In this document: one piece after another, positions 26,233-35,812 of the stretch
Layout of the letters: the number at the start of each line of letters is the position of its first letter
How positions within the stretch are numbered: the first letter of the stretch is position 1
Source: an uncultured Clostridia bacterium
GTDB taxonomy: Bacteria > Bacillota > Clostridia > Tissierellales > Sedimentibacteraceae
DNA length: 35,812 bases
NCBI GenBank assembly: GCA_964617605.1
Contig: CAZTXR010000001.1
Coordinates: 1-35,812, forward strand
Direction: 5' to 3'
Made by a program: the position numbers and the translations under genes
The notes under the pieces: generated by a model
The model's input: the letters and a program-made list of their open reading frames with translations, nothing else
Databases searched by the model: none
Told to the model about the DNA's origin: nothing

Positions 26233-26260
26233 TAATATATGTAAAATAGAATAATGTGTG
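26233..26260 (-). promoter_or_regulatory. Putative mother-cell sporulation (sigma-K/E-like) promoter
   Basis: CAC-16 bp-CATATATTA. Confidence 0.4.
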
Positions 26261-26272
26261 ATAGTTTTTTTC

Positions 26273-27433
26273 TTATAATATTTCCAATGTTTCATAAACC
26301 TTCTCAATTAATTCTTCGATATTTAAATTGCCTTCAGACCTTAAGATGGACTCCAATTTCGGATTAATCAAAGGATGTTTTGGCGCAAATACAGAACAAC
26401 AATCGTCATAAGGCAAAATAGAAGTTTCATAGGTTCCTATTTCTCTTGCTATTTCTATTATTTCAGTTTTATCCAATCCTACCACAGGTTTAAGTATCGG
26501 CATATCAATTGCATTTTCTATAACTGTCATTGAACTCATCGTCTGGCTTGCCACCTGACCTAAACTTTCTCCCGTAATAAGCATCTGCATATTGTTTTCT
26601 TTGGCAACTCTTTCAGCTATACGCATCATAAAACGCCTTGCTAAAATTGTAGTTTCTTCTTCCCTGCAAAATTCTTTTATAGCTTTGTGAATTTCAAGAA
26701 TATTAATACTGTACAGTTTTATTTTTCCACAATATTCTTCAAGCTTTTCCTTTAATTTTATTACCTTTTCATTTGCTCTTTCCGATGTAAAAGGATATGT
26801 ATGAAAATAAAGAGCATTAATTTCTACTCCTCTTTTTGCAATCATATATCCTGCTACAGGGCTGTCTATACCGCCGGATAATAAAAGAAGCGCTTTTCCG
26901 TTTGAACCTATGGGGAGTCCCCCTAATGTTTTAATTCGTTCTGAAGAAATATAGCAAGATTTTTTTATATCGATATATATTTCAACATCAGGATTATGCA
27001 CATCCACAGTAACCGAGCCGAATTCCTCTAAAATTACTCCCCCCACCAGGGCGCTGAAATCCATTGACTTAATGGGAAAATCCTTATCACTTCTCTTGGT
27101 TTTTATTTTAAATGTTTTTATATTTTGCTTTGTTAATAAATATCTGAATAGTTCCTTAGTTTGCTCAATAATTATTTCTGCTTCCTTTTCAGTTTTAATG
27201 GATGGGCTTAAGTTTGATATGCCGAAAACCTTCCTTACCTTTTCAACTATACCGTCCATATCTCCTTCATTTTTTGTTTCAACATATACTTTTCCCGAAT
27301 CTTTATAAACAGATACATCCTTAAATCCCTTTAAAGAATATTTTATTTGTTCAATTAGTTTATGCTCAAATGAGCCCCTGTTTTTGCCTTTTAAAAATAT
27401 TTCTCCGAAACTTACTGCAGCAATATTATACAT
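26273..27433 (-). CDS. thiI: tRNA 4-thiouridine synthase ThiI
   Basis: GEIFLKGKNR, THUMP domain, LLSGGIDSPVA PP-loop, TGESLGQVASQT, DCC. Confidence 0.96.
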   Translation of the reverse strand: MYNIAAVSFGEIFLKGKNRGSFEHKLIEQIKYSLKGFKDVSVYKDSGKVYVETKNEGDMDGIVEKVRKVFGISNLSPSIKTEKEAEIIIEQTKELFRYLLTKQNIKTFKIKTKRSDKDFPIKSMDFSALVGGVILEEFGSVTVDVHNPDVEIYIDIKKSCYISSERIKTLGGLPIGSNGKALLLLSGGIDSPVAGYMIAKRGVEINALYFHTYPFTSERANEKVIKLKEKLEEYCGKIKLYSINILEIHKAIKEFCREEETTILARRFMMRIAERVAKENNMQMLITGESLGQVASQTMSSMTVIENAIDMPILKPVVGLDKTEIIEIAREIGTYETSILPYDDCCSVFAPKHPLINPKLESILRSEGNLNIEELIEKVYETLEIL

Positions 27434-27439
27434 TCTTCC

Positions 27440-28588
27440 TTATCCTCTCTTTGTTATGTTTCTAATTTCTTCCACTGACTGTTTAATATTTCCAATAACA
27501 TATTCAATTTCTTCAAAGTTATTAAAATGACCTAAACTTATTCTTATGGCTCCTGCTTGATATTCCTTGCTTAAATTTATGGCATTCAAAATCCTGTTGT
27601 CTCTTGCCTTGGATGAGCAGGCTGAGCCGGTAGATACATAAATATCACTGCCTTCCAAATAATGTACCAATACTTCTCCGGGAACATTTTTAAAGGATAT
27701 ATTTATAATATGAGGAGCCGCCCCATCTATGGGACCGTTAATTTTAATATCTTTAATTTCCTCTGTTAATCTTTTTATATATTGATTCTTTAAGCTATAT
27801 AGGTTATTTGTTTCTTTTTCAAAATTATCATATATTAATTCACATGCTTTCCCAAAACCTATAATTCCGGCTGTATCTTCTGTTCCTGACCGTATACCCT
27901 TCTCTTGCCCTCCACCGTAAGTTAATGGATTTATTTTTAAGCCCGAGCGAATAAAAAGACCGCCAATGCCTTTTGGACCATGGATTTTATGGCTGCTGAA
28001 TGTCAATGTATCAATGGGTAGTTTATTAATATCAATTTTTATTTTTCCATAGGATTGAACGCAATCTATATGAAGTTTTATGTTTTTATTTTTTTCTTTT
28101 ATCATGTCGGCAATTTGAGCTAAATCTTGTACAGAACCTATTTCATTATTAACATGCATTATTGAGATTAAAAGAGTATTTTCATCAATCATATTACTAA
28201 GCTGTGAAATGTTAATTTTACCGTTTTCATCCGTATCAATATACTTTACTGTGCACTTGTTCTCAAATTGTTTAAATACATTGTATACAGAAGGGTGCTC
28301 AATTTTAGTGGTAATAATATTGTTTTGCTTGTTTAAATTTGATAAAAGCCCGTAAATTGCAATATTGTTGCTTTCGGTTCCTCCTCCGGTAAAATATAGT
28401 TCCTCAGGAAGAGCATTTATTAATTTAGCGGCAGACTTTCTTGCTTCTTCAAGTTTTTTTTCAACTTTTAGCCCCATCCTATGAAGCGATGAAGGATTAC
28501 CGTAATAATTTTCATTTACATCAATTATAGCTTGCAATACTTCCCTTCTTACCTTGGTTGTTGCACTGTTGTCTAAATATACCATCAT
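27440..28588 (-). CDS. iscS: Cysteine desulfurase (IscS/NifS-like, ThiI partner)
   Basis: YLDNSATT, GNPSSLH, GGTESNN, SSHKIHGPKG (PLP Lys), STGSACSS. Confidence 0.93.
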   Translation of the reverse strand: MMVYLDNSATTKVRREVLQAIIDVNENYYGNPSSLHRMGLKVEKKLEEARKSAAKLINALPEELYFTGGGTESNNIAIYGLLSNLNKQNNIITTKIEHPSVYNVFKQFENKCTVKYIDTDENGKINISQLSNMIDENTLLISIMHVNNEIGSVQDLAQIADMIKEKNKNIKLHIDCVQSYGKIKIDINKLPIDTLTFSSHKIHGPKGIGGLFIRSGLKINPLTYGGGQEKGIRSGTEDTAGIIGFGKACELIYDNFEKETNNLYSLKNQYIKRLTEEIKDIKINGPIDGAAPHIINISFKNVPGEVLVHYLEGSDIYVSTGSACSSKARDNRILNAINLSKEYQAGAIRISLGHFNNFEEIEYVIGNIKQSVEEIRNITKRG

Positions 28589-28649
28589 AAATTCCTCTCA
28601 ATATATAAAAATCATATACTCATAAAATGTAGATTTTTGTAAAAATAGC

Positions 28650-28678
28650 TTGCATAATATTTTTATGTTTGTTATAAT
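28650..28678 (+). promoter_or_regulatory. Sigma-A promoter with no downstream ORF
   Basis: TTGCAT-17 bp-TATAAT with TG extension. Confidence 0.7.
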
Positions 28679-28683
28679 TGTTA

Positions 28684-28776
28684 TTGGTTATCCCCCCCGA
28701 TAACCAAAATATATTCCCAATACCCCTTTTATGCATATTAATGCTTCACAACAATGGCCCCGAGGCCATTTTTGTG
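28684..28776 (+). ncRNA. Candidate ~90-nt C-rich small RNA
   Basis: Promoter, then hairpin TTGGTTATC-CCCCCC-GATAACCAA, single-stranded TTCCC and ACCCC motifs, and terminator AATGGCC-CCGA-GGCCATT-TTT. Confidence 0.6.
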
Positions 28777-28787
28777 TTCTAATAGGA

Positions 28788-28855
28788 ATGGGGACACACC
28801 TCTTAAATGTCCTTGTACTTGTAAAAGTCTCTGCTGTTAGAGGAATGTCCCCAAT
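28788..28855 (+). repeat. REP/MITE-like element, copy 1
   Basis: ATGGGGACACACCT...AGGAATGTCCCCAAT; identical ends occur inverted at 32057-32114. Confidence 0.75.
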
Positions 28856-28878
28856 ACTACATTTTCCAGAGTTCTTTT

Positions 28879-29694
28879 CTATTGTTCTATCTCTTTCCTA
28901 ACTTCCTTCAAATAAAGCTCAGACACCCTCTTCACAATTTCATTTTTCGAAGAATTAAATAACATCTCATCAATAGTCCTTATTGGCAGAATATCGTTTG
29001 AGGTACCTGTTATAAAAGCACCATCAAAATCCTTTATTTCACTGAAATTGATTATCCTTTTTTCAACCTCAATTGAATTTTCTTCACAAATGCTTATAAG
29101 CTTATTTCTTGTAACACCTAAAAGAACAGCACCATCCGGTGAAGTTATCAGCTTGTTGTTTTTAACAAAAAAAACATTTGATCTGCTGCCTTCGCTTACG
29201 GTATTGTCATTATTAATCAATATTGCTTCAAAGGCACTGTTTTCTTCCATTGCTCTTGTTACTTTATCCTTAAACTCTTTTTGGAATGATTTAATATTGG
29301 GGTTTTCTCTTTCAATTTTCACTGTAACAGTATGTATTCCCTCCTTAAATTCTTCATCAGAAGGGTAATAGCTTTCAATAAAATAAAACAATGTAAGAGG
29401 TTCATTTTTATAATAATATGAAACCCTTATGTTTAGGTTTTTAAAGGGGTTATTTTTTATCAATAATTTTGTTGAATTTTCAAATTCTTCATAATTTAAG
29501 CTGCCCCTTGTGCCGCTTAATCGTATACTTTCATTCATGCGGTCATAATGTTCTTTTAAAAATATTGGTCTGCCTTCAATAACCCTTATAACTTCATAAA
29601 TTTTGGCAGATTCTTCGCTTATGCGAAGCTCTGTCTCCTCTTTTGAAATTATTTGCTTATTCATCACATTTTTTTCGGATATTATATTTATCAT
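28879..29694 (-). CDS. Class IV PLP aminotransferase (IlvE/PabC/DAT-like)
   Basis: IYEVIR, EHYDR, NIKS (PLP Lys), SEGSRSNVFF, LLGVTR, FITGTS. Confidence 0.88.
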   Translation of the reverse strand: MINIISEKNVMNKQIISKEETELRISEESAKIYEVIRVIEGRPIFLKEHYDRMNESIRLSGTRGSLNYEEFENSTKLLIKNNPFKNLNIRVSYYYKNEPLTLFYFIESYYPSDEEFKEGIHTVTVKIERENPNIKSFQKEFKDKVTRAMEENSAFEAILINNDNTVSEGSRSNVFFVKNNKLITSPDGAVLLGVTRNKLISICEENSIEVEKRIINFSEIKDFDGAFITGTSNDILPIRTIDEMLFNSSKNEIVKRVSELYLKEVRKEIEQ

Positions 29695-29744
29695 ACTATT
29701 TATTCATCCTTTCTTTTCTAAAAGTTAAAAACCCTCGCTGCTGC

Positions 29745-32042
29745 TCAGGGTAATCTTTTTATTTCTTCAATAGATTTAATTTTTTTGTAATGCCTCCAAT
29801 GTTCAGGAAACAAATTCAAATATGTATATTGGCAAAGTCTTGAATCTATCAGTAAAACTGTTCCCTTATCAAATTCTGTTCGAATTACCCTGCCTGCAGA
29901 CTGAAGTATTTTATTAAAGCCTGGGTATTTGTAAGCAAAATCATAACCGGAATTCATTTTTTCATCAAAAAATGCTTTAATTATATTCCTTTCAAAAGAA
30001 ATTTGAGGTATTCCGGTTCCTATTATAACTGCTCCTATTAAATTTTCAAGGGGTAAATCAATTCCCTCAGAAAATATTCCGCCTACAACAGTAAATAAAA
30101 TAACATTTCTCTCCTTTATAAAGCTCTTCATTATTTCCTGCTGTTCTTCTTCTTTTATTCCCTGACTTTGAAGAATGATATTTTCAGTTGGATATAATGA
30201 TTCATATTTTGAATATACTTTTTTCATAAAATAATAGGAAGGAAAAAATATCATGTAATTTCCCTTTATTCCTGTTATTACTGCATTTATATATGCACAC
30301 GCTTTTTCTATATTTTCATCCCTGCTCGTATATTTCATGGATATGTCTGATGTTATCATTAGGTTTAAATTTTCAATATCAAAAGGTGAGCTGATTTTTA
30401 ATATATAATCCTCTTCATCTCCGCCTAAAATATACCTGAAATATTTTAAAGGTGTCAGTGTTGCTGAAAAGAAAACCGATGATGTTGCACCCTTTGCTAT
30501 CTCCTTTAAGATCTTGGATGTATCGATCAAAAACAATTTAACCTTTGTTTTGTCACCTGTTAAATCTGCATAATAGCAAAAATTATCATCAGCAATTTCT
30601 GATATTTTTATAAAAAATGTGCTTTTAAAATATATGTCCCTGAACTCATCAGGTGCTTTTTCATTTTTCAATTCATTGAAATATTTTTCAGCCTTAAGAA
30701 CAAATTTCCTTAATGCATTTATTAACTGGTCCGGTGATTCTTTTAATATTTCTGCTTCTTTAATACTCTTTTTTATATCAATAAATTTTTTATTTATATT
30801 ATATAACTCTTTGCTTATGCTTTTTTCTGCTTTCATCAATTTATAAACTTCATAAAATTCTTCCTTTACAAGCTCAGGTGAATACATATTTCGTGTTCTG
30901 TCTTCAAGGTTGTGGGCTTCATCTATAAGAAGGATATCCTTATCCTTATTAAAAACATCCTCCCTTTGCAAGGCAACCCTTGGATCAAAATAATAATTGT
31001 AATCACAAATAACTATATCTGACATATATGCTAAATCAAGACTTAATTCAAAGGGGCATAATTCATGCTCTTTTCCAAGTTCTTCTATAAATTCTCTCGT
31101 ATATAAGCAATCATGTTTTATTGTTTCCCTCAAGGGAATATTTAGTTTATCATAATAACCCTTAGCATAAGGGCAGTATTCCGGTTCGCATTTCGTTTCA
31201 TCCATAAAGCATATTTTTTCTTTGGCCGTTATAAGGGTTGTTCTTAAATTCAGACCTTTTTCCTGCATCATTTTAACAGTATTGAATGCTATAGTCTTTG
31301 TTGATGATTTAGCTGTAAGATAAAAAATTTTAGAATTATTTCCGTACATGGATTTTATTGCAGGAAATAATACAGAAACAGTCTTCCCCACACCGGTTGG
31401 AGCTTGCGCAAAAAGTTTTTTGCCGGACTTAATAGTTTGGTAAACTGCAAGACAAAAGTCCCTTTGACCTTTACGGTAGTTATCAAAGGGGAAAATTAAT
31501 TCTTTAATTGTTTTATCTCTTTGCTTTCTAAGCTTTATTATTGTTTCTGCCCAATCAATATATGTGTCTAAAAGTTTATAAAAAAAATCTTTTAACTCTT
31601 CTATTGTATAAGAATTTGTTATTATCTTCGTTTCTTTAGTGTCTAAATTGTAATACCTTAGCTGCACATTAAGCTTATCCGAATTGTTTAATAAGCCGTA
31701 CATATAGCCGTAGCATTTAGCCTGTGCATCATGAGCTAAATTATAACCATCATCAATTAAATCCAAGGGCATATAGGTTGATTTAATTTCATCTATTGTT
31801 ACTTCACTATCCCTAATAATACCGTCAGCCCTGCCCTCAATAACAAAAAGTATATTGTTAAGTTCAAATTCATTTTTAAGATAAAATTCCTTATGGTAAT
31901 TATCTCCCATTTGAGACTGAAGAATTTTATGAGCCTTAATACCTTCCATGGCTCTATCGGAACTTAAGCTTTTAACGCTTATATCTCCGCTTTTATAAAC
32001 AAATTCAACCAATTCTCTGACTGAAAGCTTTATCTTGTCCAT
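29745..32042 (-). CDS. XPD/DinG (Rad3-like) Fe-S helicase with an N-terminal PD-(D/E)xK nuclease domain
   Basis: GIKAH..LQ, GRADG, IDEIKS nuclease motifs; APTGVGKT; C..C..CPY..CPFE Fe-S; IDEAHN; SATL; QSAGRVIR. Confidence 0.9.
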   Translation of the reverse strand: MDKIKLSVRELVEFVYKSGDISVKSLSSDRAMEGIKAHKILQSQMGDNYHKEFYLKNEFELNNILFVIEGRADGIIRDSEVTIDEIKSTYMPLDLIDDGYNLAHDAQAKCYGYMYGLLNNSDKLNVQLRYYNLDTKETKIITNSYTIEELKDFFYKLLDTYIDWAETIIKLRKQRDKTIKELIFPFDNYRKGQRDFCLAVYQTIKSGKKLFAQAPTGVGKTVSVLFPAIKSMYGNNSKIFYLTAKSSTKTIAFNTVKMMQEKGLNLRTTLITAKEKICFMDETKCEPEYCPYAKGYYDKLNIPLRETIKHDCLYTREFIEELGKEHELCPFELSLDLAYMSDIVICDYNYYFDPRVALQREDVFNKDKDILLIDEAHNLEDRTRNMYSPELVKEEFYEVYKLMKAEKSISKELYNINKKFIDIKKSIKEAEILKESPDQLINALRKFVLKAEKYFNELKNEKAPDEFRDIYFKSTFFIKISEIADDNFCYYADLTGDKTKVKLFLIDTSKILKEIAKGATSSVFFSATLTPLKYFRYILGGDEEDYILKISSPFDIENLNLMITSDISMKYTSRDENIEKACAYINAVITGIKGNYMIFFPSYYFMKKVYSKYESLYPTENIILQSQGIKEEEQQEIMKSFIKERNVILFTVVGGIFSEGIDLPLENLIGAVIIGTGIPQISFERNIIKAFFDEKMNSGYDFAYKYPGFNKILQSAGRVIRTEFDKGTVLLIDSRLCQYTYLNLFPEHWRHYKKIKSIEEIKRLP

Positions 32043-32056
32043 AGTGACTCCTGTTA

Positions 32057-32114
32057 ATTGGGGACATTCCTTGTTCCCTCAAAGGCTTACCCTATACTAA
32101 AGGTGTGTCCCCAT
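32057..32114 (-). repeat. REP/MITE-like element, copy 2
   Basis: Reverse complement reads ATGGGGACACACCT...AGGAATGTCCCCAAT, with a different interior from copy 1. Confidence 0.75.
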
Positions 32115-32178
32115 ACCTCTATAATTTCTTTCTCCCTCTGGTTAAAGAAATTGGGTTAGGTCATAAAGGACATACAAA

Positions 32179-32201
32179 AATAAACACCGGCAGTGTTTAT
32201 T
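32179..32201 (-). terminator. Putative terminator
   Basis: AATAAACAC-N5-GTGTTTATT. Confidence 0.5.
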
Positions 32202-32230
32202 ATAGCAAATATTGTATATTATTTAAATGA

Positions 32231-32623
32231 TTATTTTATATATTGCACACAAGTGACCGTATTTCCTTCAACATTAAATTTATCCGCCAATCCTTCCACT
32301 AACATCAGGCCTCTTCCGGACTCCATAAAATCAAATTCCCCGCAATTTTTTTGCTTATAGCAAATACCGGTTCCTTCGTCTGAAACTTCAATAATAATGC
32401 GTGATCTGTTTATATATATTTTTATATTTATCATTTTATTCAGGTCTTCACAATTTCCGTGAACAACACTATTTATCATTAGCTCATAAAGGATAAGCTT
32501 TGTATTAAAAAAAGCATCCGGGTCTACTTTTCCTTTAATACTGCGTAAAACTTCATTAATAAGTTTTTTAACACACTTTATGTCACTATGGACCTTTCTT
32601 TCAACCACATAATCCATTACCAT
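32231..32623 (-). CDS. Anti-sigma factor / RsbW-like HATPase_c protein
   Basis: ELMINSVVHGN (N box), VSDEGTG (G1), GRGLMLV (G2). Confidence 0.85.
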   Translation of the reverse strand: MVMDYVVERKVHSDIKCVKKLINEVLRSIKGKVDPDAFFNTKLILYELMINSVVHGNCEDLNKMINIKIYINRSRIIIEVSDEGTGICYKQKNCGEFDFMESGRGLMLVEGLADKFNVEGNTVTCVQYIK

Positions 32624-32708
32624 TCCTCCCGATAGTAATTATACCCTGTTTTTTTAACCTTAAACAACTGTATACACTTAAATTATAAGGGAACATACTG
32701 TTATGAAT

Positions 32709-33308
32709 TTAATTTTTTATTTCTGCAGCTAAAATACTTTCAAACAAGGTCCATATTTCTTCTACTCCTAATTTGGCCGAAGCTGAAAAGGGATAAATCA
32801 AATTATTATCTTTTATTTTCAATGTTTTTTTAATAATGTTTATACTTTTTATTCTTTGGGAATTTGATAATTTATCTGCCTTTGAAGCTATAACATAACC
32901 TGTGAATCCAAAGCTTTTTATCCATTCATACATTTGAATGTCATTTATGCTTGGCTCATGTCTTATATCTACAAGCAAAATTACTTCCTTTAGCTGATGC
33001 CTCTCATGCAAATATGTGTCAATTATGCTTGCCCATTTTGTTTGTTCGGATTTTGATACTTTTGCATAACCATAGCCCGGAAGGTCTACAAAATTTAATT
33101 CATCATTTATGTTGTAAAAATTTAATGTCTGTGTTTTTCCCGGCTGCGAACTGGTTCTTGCAAGGTTTCTTCTGTTTAATAAAGCATTTATCATGGAAGA
33201 TTTACCCACATTGGATTTGCCGGCAAAGGCTATTTCAGGAACTATGGTTTCCGGATATTGTTCTTTTTTAACTGCTGAAATAATTATCTCTGCTCTTTTG
33301 ATAATCAT
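32709..33308 (-). CDS. engB: Ribosome biogenesis GTPase YsxC/YihA
   Basis: AGKSNVGKSS, PGKT, DLPGYG, SKADK; canonical position after lon. Confidence 0.96.
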   Translation of the reverse strand: MIIKRAEIIISAVKKEQYPETIVPEIAFAGKSNVGKSSMINALLNRRNLARTSSQPGKTQTLNFYNINDELNFVDLPGYGYAKVSKSEQTKWASIIDTYLHERHQLKEVILLVDIRHEPSINDIQMYEWIKSFGFTGYVIASKADKLSNSQRIKSINIIKKTLKIKDNNLIYPFSASAKLGVEEIWTLFESILAAEIKN

Positions 33309-33346
33309 AAGTTAATCCTTTCTTGTTGCAATTGACAGACCTATCA

Positions 33347-33428
33347 GAAAAATAATAAAAATATAAGCGAACATTTGCAGGACACAACTATGTGTCCGAA
33401 ACCGTGAGCGGTATTTTTATTATTTTTC
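33347..33428. other. Nested inverted-repeat structure in the lon-engB spacer
   Basis: 17-bp outer arms GAAAAATAATAAAAATA/TATTTTTATTATTTTTC enclosing hairpins GGACACA-ACTA-TGTGTCC and ACCG-TGAG-CGGT. Confidence 0.6.
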
Positions 33429-33430
33429 AG

Positions 33431-35755
33431 CTACCGTATTGATTCTTTCACCACATCATCAATTTTATCTGCATATACAATTTCCATGGAGCGAATTATT
33501 TTCGAATCCACTTTTGAAACATCTGCTTTATTTTTTGAGCAAAGCACAACCTTTTTTATACCTGCTCTTTTAGCAGCCAGTAATTTTTCCTTAAGTCCTC
33601 CTATGGGGAGAACCCTTCCTGTAATAGTAATTTCACCGGTCATGGCTACATCTTTTCTTACAGGCTTCTTTGTCAAGGCAGATATTATGGCTGTTGCCAT
33701 GGTTATCCCTGCAGAGGGTCCGTCCTTTGGAATAGCTCCTTCAGGCACATGCACATGTATGTCGGTTTCTTTAAATACCTGATAATCAATTCCAAAGTTC
33801 TCCGCATTGGCTTTTATATAACTTAAGGCTGCCATTGCCGATTCCTTCATTACATCACCCAATTGTCCCGTAAGCTGAAGTTTTCCGTCGCCCTTCATTG
33901 TATTTACTTCAACGAATAGTGTTTCCCCTCCAACCTGAGTCCATGCAAGTCCTGTAACAACTCCAATCTGATCATCCTCATAAGCGGTATCATAATCATA
34001 TTTTGGTATGCCTAAATAATTTTTGATGTTGGAATTATTAATGGTAACGGATTTTTTATTTTTTTCTACTATTTGAACAGCTGCTTTTCTTACTAATTTT
34101 CCTATATTTCTTTCTAAACTTCTTACCCCTGATTCTCTTGTATATCTTTCAATTATTTCATTTATGGCATTTTCAGAAATTTTAACTTGTTTTTCCTTAA
34201 GTCCATGTTCAGCAAGTTGTTTTTTAATTAAGTATTTTTCTGCAATATTTCTTTTTTCTACATCTGTGTATCCTGAAATTTCTATTACTTCCATTCTGTC
34301 CAAAAGGGGCCCCGGTATGGTTGATGTTGTATTTGCAGTTGTAATAAACATTACATTTTCCAAGCTGAAGGGTGCTTCAATATAGTGGTCCGTAAATGTG
34401 GAGTTTTGTTCAGGATCAAGAGCTTCTAATAAGGCTGAAGCGGGATCACCTTTAAAATCACTGTTTAGTTTATCTATTTCATCCAATAAAAATACAGGAT
34501 TATTTGTTTTAACCCTTGCAATAGATGATATTATTCTTCCCGGTATGGCCCCTATATATGTTCTTCTGTGACCTCTTATTTCTGCTTCATCTCTTACTCC
34601 GCCCAAGGAAATTCTTACATATTTTCTGTTCATGGCACGAGCTATGGACTTTGCAATAGATGTTTTACCTACTCCCGGAGGTCCCACAAAACATAAAATA
34701 GGTCCCTTCATATCTTTTTTAATATGCTTTACAGCTAAGTATTCTAATATTCTTTCTTTTACCTCTTCCAAACCATAGTGGTCTTCTGAAAGAATAGCTC
34801 TTGCTTTTTTTAAATCTGTATTATCCTTTGTTTTTTTATTCCATGGCATATCCAAAAGCCAGTCAACATATGTTCTTATAACACCTGCATCCGGTGAAGA
34901 AGGAGAAATTTTTAAAAGCTTATTAATTTCCTTTTCAGCTTTTTCCTTTACTTCTTTTGGCATATTAGCTTCTAAGATTTTTTGAAGGTATTCATCAACT
35001 TCATAATCAGTACCCTCATCTTCTCCTAATTCCTTCTGTATTGCTCTCATTTGCTCTTTTAAATAATAATCCTTTTGAAATTCACTTACTTGTTTTTTTA
35101 CAAGCTCATTTATTTCATTTTCTATTTGCAATACCTTAATTTCTTTTGCCAATAGTTTATTGATTGCTTCAAGCCTTTTATATGGCTCAAATATTTCTAA
35201 AAGCGATTGCTTTTGGTCAGTTTTTAAATAAATATATGAAGCAACAACGTCTGCAAGTTTATCGGGGTTTTTTATTTCCTTTAGTGAAACCACCGCATCC
35301 GGAGCTATTTTTGCATATATTAAAGCATATTCTTCAAAGTTGTTTAATGTAAGTCTGACCATTGCCTCTAAATTATCTTCTTTTGGCAAATTGTCATCAT
35401 AGATATATTCATCTAAAATAACTTCAAAATATGGGTCATTTTGAGTTATAGATTCAATTTTTGCCCTGTTAATGCCTTCAACCAACACTCTTATATTGTC
35501 TCCGGGCATTTTTATCATTTGTTTTATTTTACAAATGACTCCTACTTCATAAAAATCATCTTCCTTTGGAGTTTCCAAATCAGCCAACTTTTGTACCGTC
35601 AAAAATATGTCTGAATCTTCAAGCATTGCTTCTTCCAATGCATTGATTGACTTTTCTCTTCCTATGTCAAAATGTATGACTGTGTTGGGAAATATTCCGA
35701 TACCCCTGATGGGAATCAAAGGAAGGTTTCTTCTTTCAATAATGTAATTGTTCAT
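33431..35755 (-). CDS. lon: ATP-dependent Lon protease (start uncertain: 35755 preferred, ORF open to 35803)
   Basis: LPLIPIR N-domain, [33 protein letters not shown] catalytic Ser, PIGGLKEK. Confidence 0.97.
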   Translation of the reverse strand: MNNYIIERRNLPLIPIRGIGIFPNTVIHFDIGREKSINALEEAMLEDSDIFLTVQKLADLETPKEDDFYEVGVICKIKQMIKMPGDNIRVLVEGINRAKIESITQNDPYFEVILDEYIYDDNLPKEDNLEAMVRLTLNNFEEYALIYAKIAPDAVVSLKEIKNPDKLADVVASYIYLKTDQKQSLLEIFEPYKRLEAINKLLAKEIKVLQIENEINELVKKQVSEFQKDYYLKEQMRAIQKELGEDEGTDYEVDEYLQKILEANMPKEVKEKAEKEINKLLKISPSSPDAGVIRTYVDWLLDMPWNKKTKDNTDLKKARAILSEDHYGLEEVKERILEYLAVKHIKKDMKGPILCFVGPPGVGKTSIAKSIARAMNRKYVRISLGGVRDEAEIRGHRRTYIGAIPGRIISSIARVKTNNPVFLLDEIDKLNSDFKGDPASALLEALDPEQNSTFTDHYIEAPFSLENVMFITTANTTSTIPGPLLDRMEVIEISGYTDVEKRNIAEKYLIKKQLAEHGLKEKQVKISENAINEIIERYTRESGVRSLERNIGKLVRKAAVQIVEKNKKSVTINNSNIKNYLGIPKYDYDTAYEDDQIGVVTGLAWTQVGGETLFVEVNTMKGDGKLQLTGQLGDVMKESAMAALSYIKANAENFGIDYQVFKETDIHVHVPEGAIPKDGPSAGITMATAIISALTKKPVRKDVAMTGEITITGRVLPIGGLKEKLLAAKRAGIKKVVLCSKNKADVSKVDSKIIRSMEIVYADKIDDVVKESIR

Positions 35756-35812
35756 ACTTTCTTGTATGATATAGTAGACAACTAAATCATACATTCCTTT
35801 CATTTTATTTAC

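Noticed and set aside
26273-28588. iscS-thiI as sulfur supply for the Moco-related operon
   Set aside because: This is the standard Firmicute tRNA thiolation pair, 7 kb away and separately transcribed.
29745-32042. CasDinG/Cas4 or CRISPR locus
   Set aside because: There is no repeat-spacer array or cas gene in the window; the repeats found are dispersed or have only two units.
667-35352. Many short plus-strand ORFs (60-144 aa) and 14681..14881(-) in the ORF track
   Set aside because: They lie antisense to or inside well-supported genes, lack RBSs and show no recognisable motifs; treated as shadow ORFs.

Overview
AT-rich window from a low-GC, probably spore-forming Firmicute (Clostridia/Tissierellia-like; inferred from gene content, not proven). 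Almost all genes lie on the minus strand. The right half (19.2-35.8 kb) is mostly housekeeping: lon-engB, an anti-sigma-type kinase, a nuclease-XPD/DinG helicase, a class IV aminotransferase, iscS-thiI, serA-like, rnhA, LysM, ferritin, DUF4364, a polysaccharide deacetylase and cobB. The left end holds a partial comM/yifB, two RMD1 paralogs and a ferritin-like gene. The notable part is a tightly packed 15-gene operon (3623-19077, minus) behind a strong sigma-A promoter whose leader starts like a Moco RNA motif. It encodes six exported or membrane-anchored proteins carrying about nine cysteine-less sulfite-oxidase/MsrP-type molybdopterin-binding domains (S-layer-, lipid- and membrane-anchored). 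It also encodes a complete ECF importer (S, A, A', T), an alkaline-phosphatase/NPP-family lipoprotein, a cytoplasmic kinase, MobB, a NapH-like Fe-S membrane protein, four flavinylation motifs and a secreted flavin reductase. My best hypothesis is an undescribed molybdo/tungsto-pterin cofactor capture, salvage and import system coupled to extracytosolic electron transfer. Also seen: a candidate C-rich sRNA, a dispersed GGGGACA...TGTCCCC REP/MITE-like family and several structured intergenic elements. All family calls come from motif recognition by eye; no searches were run.
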